Below are positions 62,056 through 64,000 of a stretch of 64,000 nt of DNA, one piece after another; position 1 is the first letter of the stretch; every line of letters begins with the position of its first letter. This DNA comes from Carcharhinus amblyrhynchos (Eukaryota), in assembly GCA_965287045.1 (NCBI GenBank), contig OZ336882.1, positions 56,854,001 to 56,918,000 on the forward strand, written 5' to 3'. Below the pieces are notes generated by a model, which did not search any database, was not told the origin of the DNA, and saw only the letters and a list, made by a program, of their open reading frames with translations. The position numbers and the translations under genes are program-made.

Positions 62056-64000
62056 CTACAGTGGGGCAAGGCTTCTCTGCTTTTGAAAGTACTCTAATAT
62101 ATTACTGAACTGGGCATTATTCTCAAGTAAATTTCATAGCCAAATACTGATGTGGTTATTTGACACCATAAGGCTTCACAGCTGGACTTGCTGCTTACCT
62201 TATTCGATGTCTAGAGACATCTAGTCATGACCTCTGGAAAATCAACAGTAGTTGAATATCTCCCTCTTTAATCCAGTGACACAGAGTGCAGTTGTAGCAC
62301 CTTTAGGTGAAATAGTGTCCACAGGCCAGGTATTGTTATCCAAGATCACAGTCACCCCCTCCTATCTTACCAAGAGCAATTTGCCACATCAAGAGTTGGT
62401 GCAGAATCCACCTCTTCCTAAAGTATTCTGACTGGCTCAAGATTTCATTGCATTATGTTGTCGTATGAGCTAGAGATGAACTGGAGGCACCTCCTGGAAT
62501 CAGATGGTTACAGTCACCGGAATCCTCTACTATCAAGCATGTGTAAATGCCAGTTTCTGGCTAGGATACACAGTTTCAGAACTTGCATGTGTCCAAAATC
62601 TACAAATCTCACAGATCAAGATGAGATATCAACAGTTTCAGAGAGTCAGCTGAAATTTGACTTCTACAGTCTCTGAAATCTGCAGCTTAGCTACAATCCC
62701 AGAATTTACTTCTCCAAGTCACAGCAAACACTGGTGTCTGTTGATCCAGCCTTAATTTGGCTCATTCTGAAATCTGGCTTCTTTAATGTTTTTTTTCTCT
62801 CCCCCCACCTCCCACCCCCCATCCCTCCCTTCTTCTGAACAAAATGCTATGATTCCCTTGAAAAGCGCCTCCCCGCTGTTGTTCACTATTTCGGCTCAGC
62901 AATCCCATGTGAACCTGGCAGGAGAGGGATTGTCCGGGTGACCAAGTAGGATTACAATCTAGCTGGCTCCCTCTGTCCACATCCCCTTAATTCCCAGGTA
63001 TTTAATTAATACCTAACATGCTGGCTTTATATCAGCCATTGTCCCAATCATCAATTAACATTCATTACTTTTGCCTCCAGCAATTAATTATAAGCGAAGA
63101 ACTGGTAGTGCGCTGAAAGAAAGCATTATGCAGGGTTTAGTGGTTGGACTTTGCAGGGAAGTAAAGGCGAACAGAGGCTGCGGTTCAGTTAAAAGTAATT
63201 ATTTCCCCTTGTATGAGCAAAGCCTCACAGAACTAACTGTCTTTTAGTCCCTGTACAAAGAGGACACCTTAGACAGCTATTACTGGGACCCTTGGTGGCA
63301 AGAAGCCATGAAGGAGGAGATTACAGGAGTTACAGGGCCTGTAACTGGCAAACAAATGAGGGCAACTGCCATGGGTTTTGGCATTAACCCCTTCCAGCAA
63401 CAACGTACTTCTGTTTACTCAAGCACACCTAGAACGCTGGAGGCCTGATCATAGTCAAGAGGCCTGACTGTTGAAAATTCCTTTCTTGTGATGAGGGTGT
63501 CGCTGTCAGGGCTGGTATTTTGGGGAGAGAGGGTGGGAAGGGAGAGGGAGGAGGAGAGCTAGGAGTTGGGGTAGGGGACAAGTTTCCTTCACTAAAGGGC
63601 GTAAGCAAACCAGTTCGGTTTTTAACAATCTGACAGCTTCATGGCTAAGAGATCGAAAGCATTATTTAAATAAACCCCAGGTTTTAAAGAAACCAAATAT
63701 AAATTCTCAAACGGCTGAGGTGGGATTTGAACTCGCATTAGTACAAGTCTACTGGATTGGTAGCACAGTAATTATTATGTTACCTGACTCTTAAAAAAAT
63801 CCTTTTGTTTAAGTTGCCAATTTGTCATTCATTCTGAGGAAGCAGTGCTGATTTATTGGACATACCACTTAATGATGTTAAGTTGAGTCACTCATAATTG
63901 TTTCAGGATTGAGTAAACCTGATGCTGACTTATTTAATGATTTATTTCCCAATAACCAGTGCTCCTCATTCAATATGAGATTGATTTGACACAATCTGCA

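Overview
Vertebrate genomic DNA, most likely from a shark (inferred from the SINE, LINE and transposon families present). The window holds one complete protein-coding gene, the homeobox gene Emx3, on the minus strand: coding exons at 38208-37857, 23396-23212 and 10444-10277 give 705 nt and 234 aa, with canonical GT-AG introns of about 14.5 kb and 12.8 kb. The rest is non-coding. Intron 1 carries a ~3 kb telomere-like region whose core is 54 perfect copies of a 24-mer containing TTAGGG. Also present: a TG-rich degenerate minisatellite downstream of the gene, 11 V-SINE (HE1-like) copies with two alternative tails, DeuSINE-like copies, CR1 and Rex1-like LINE fragments (some nested), a decayed two-gene PIF/Harbinger transposon with related MITEs, and two families of short elements with hammerhead-ribozyme-like motifs (probably Penelope-derived). 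Repeat boundaries are approximate, and family names come from recalled consensus features rather than database searches.
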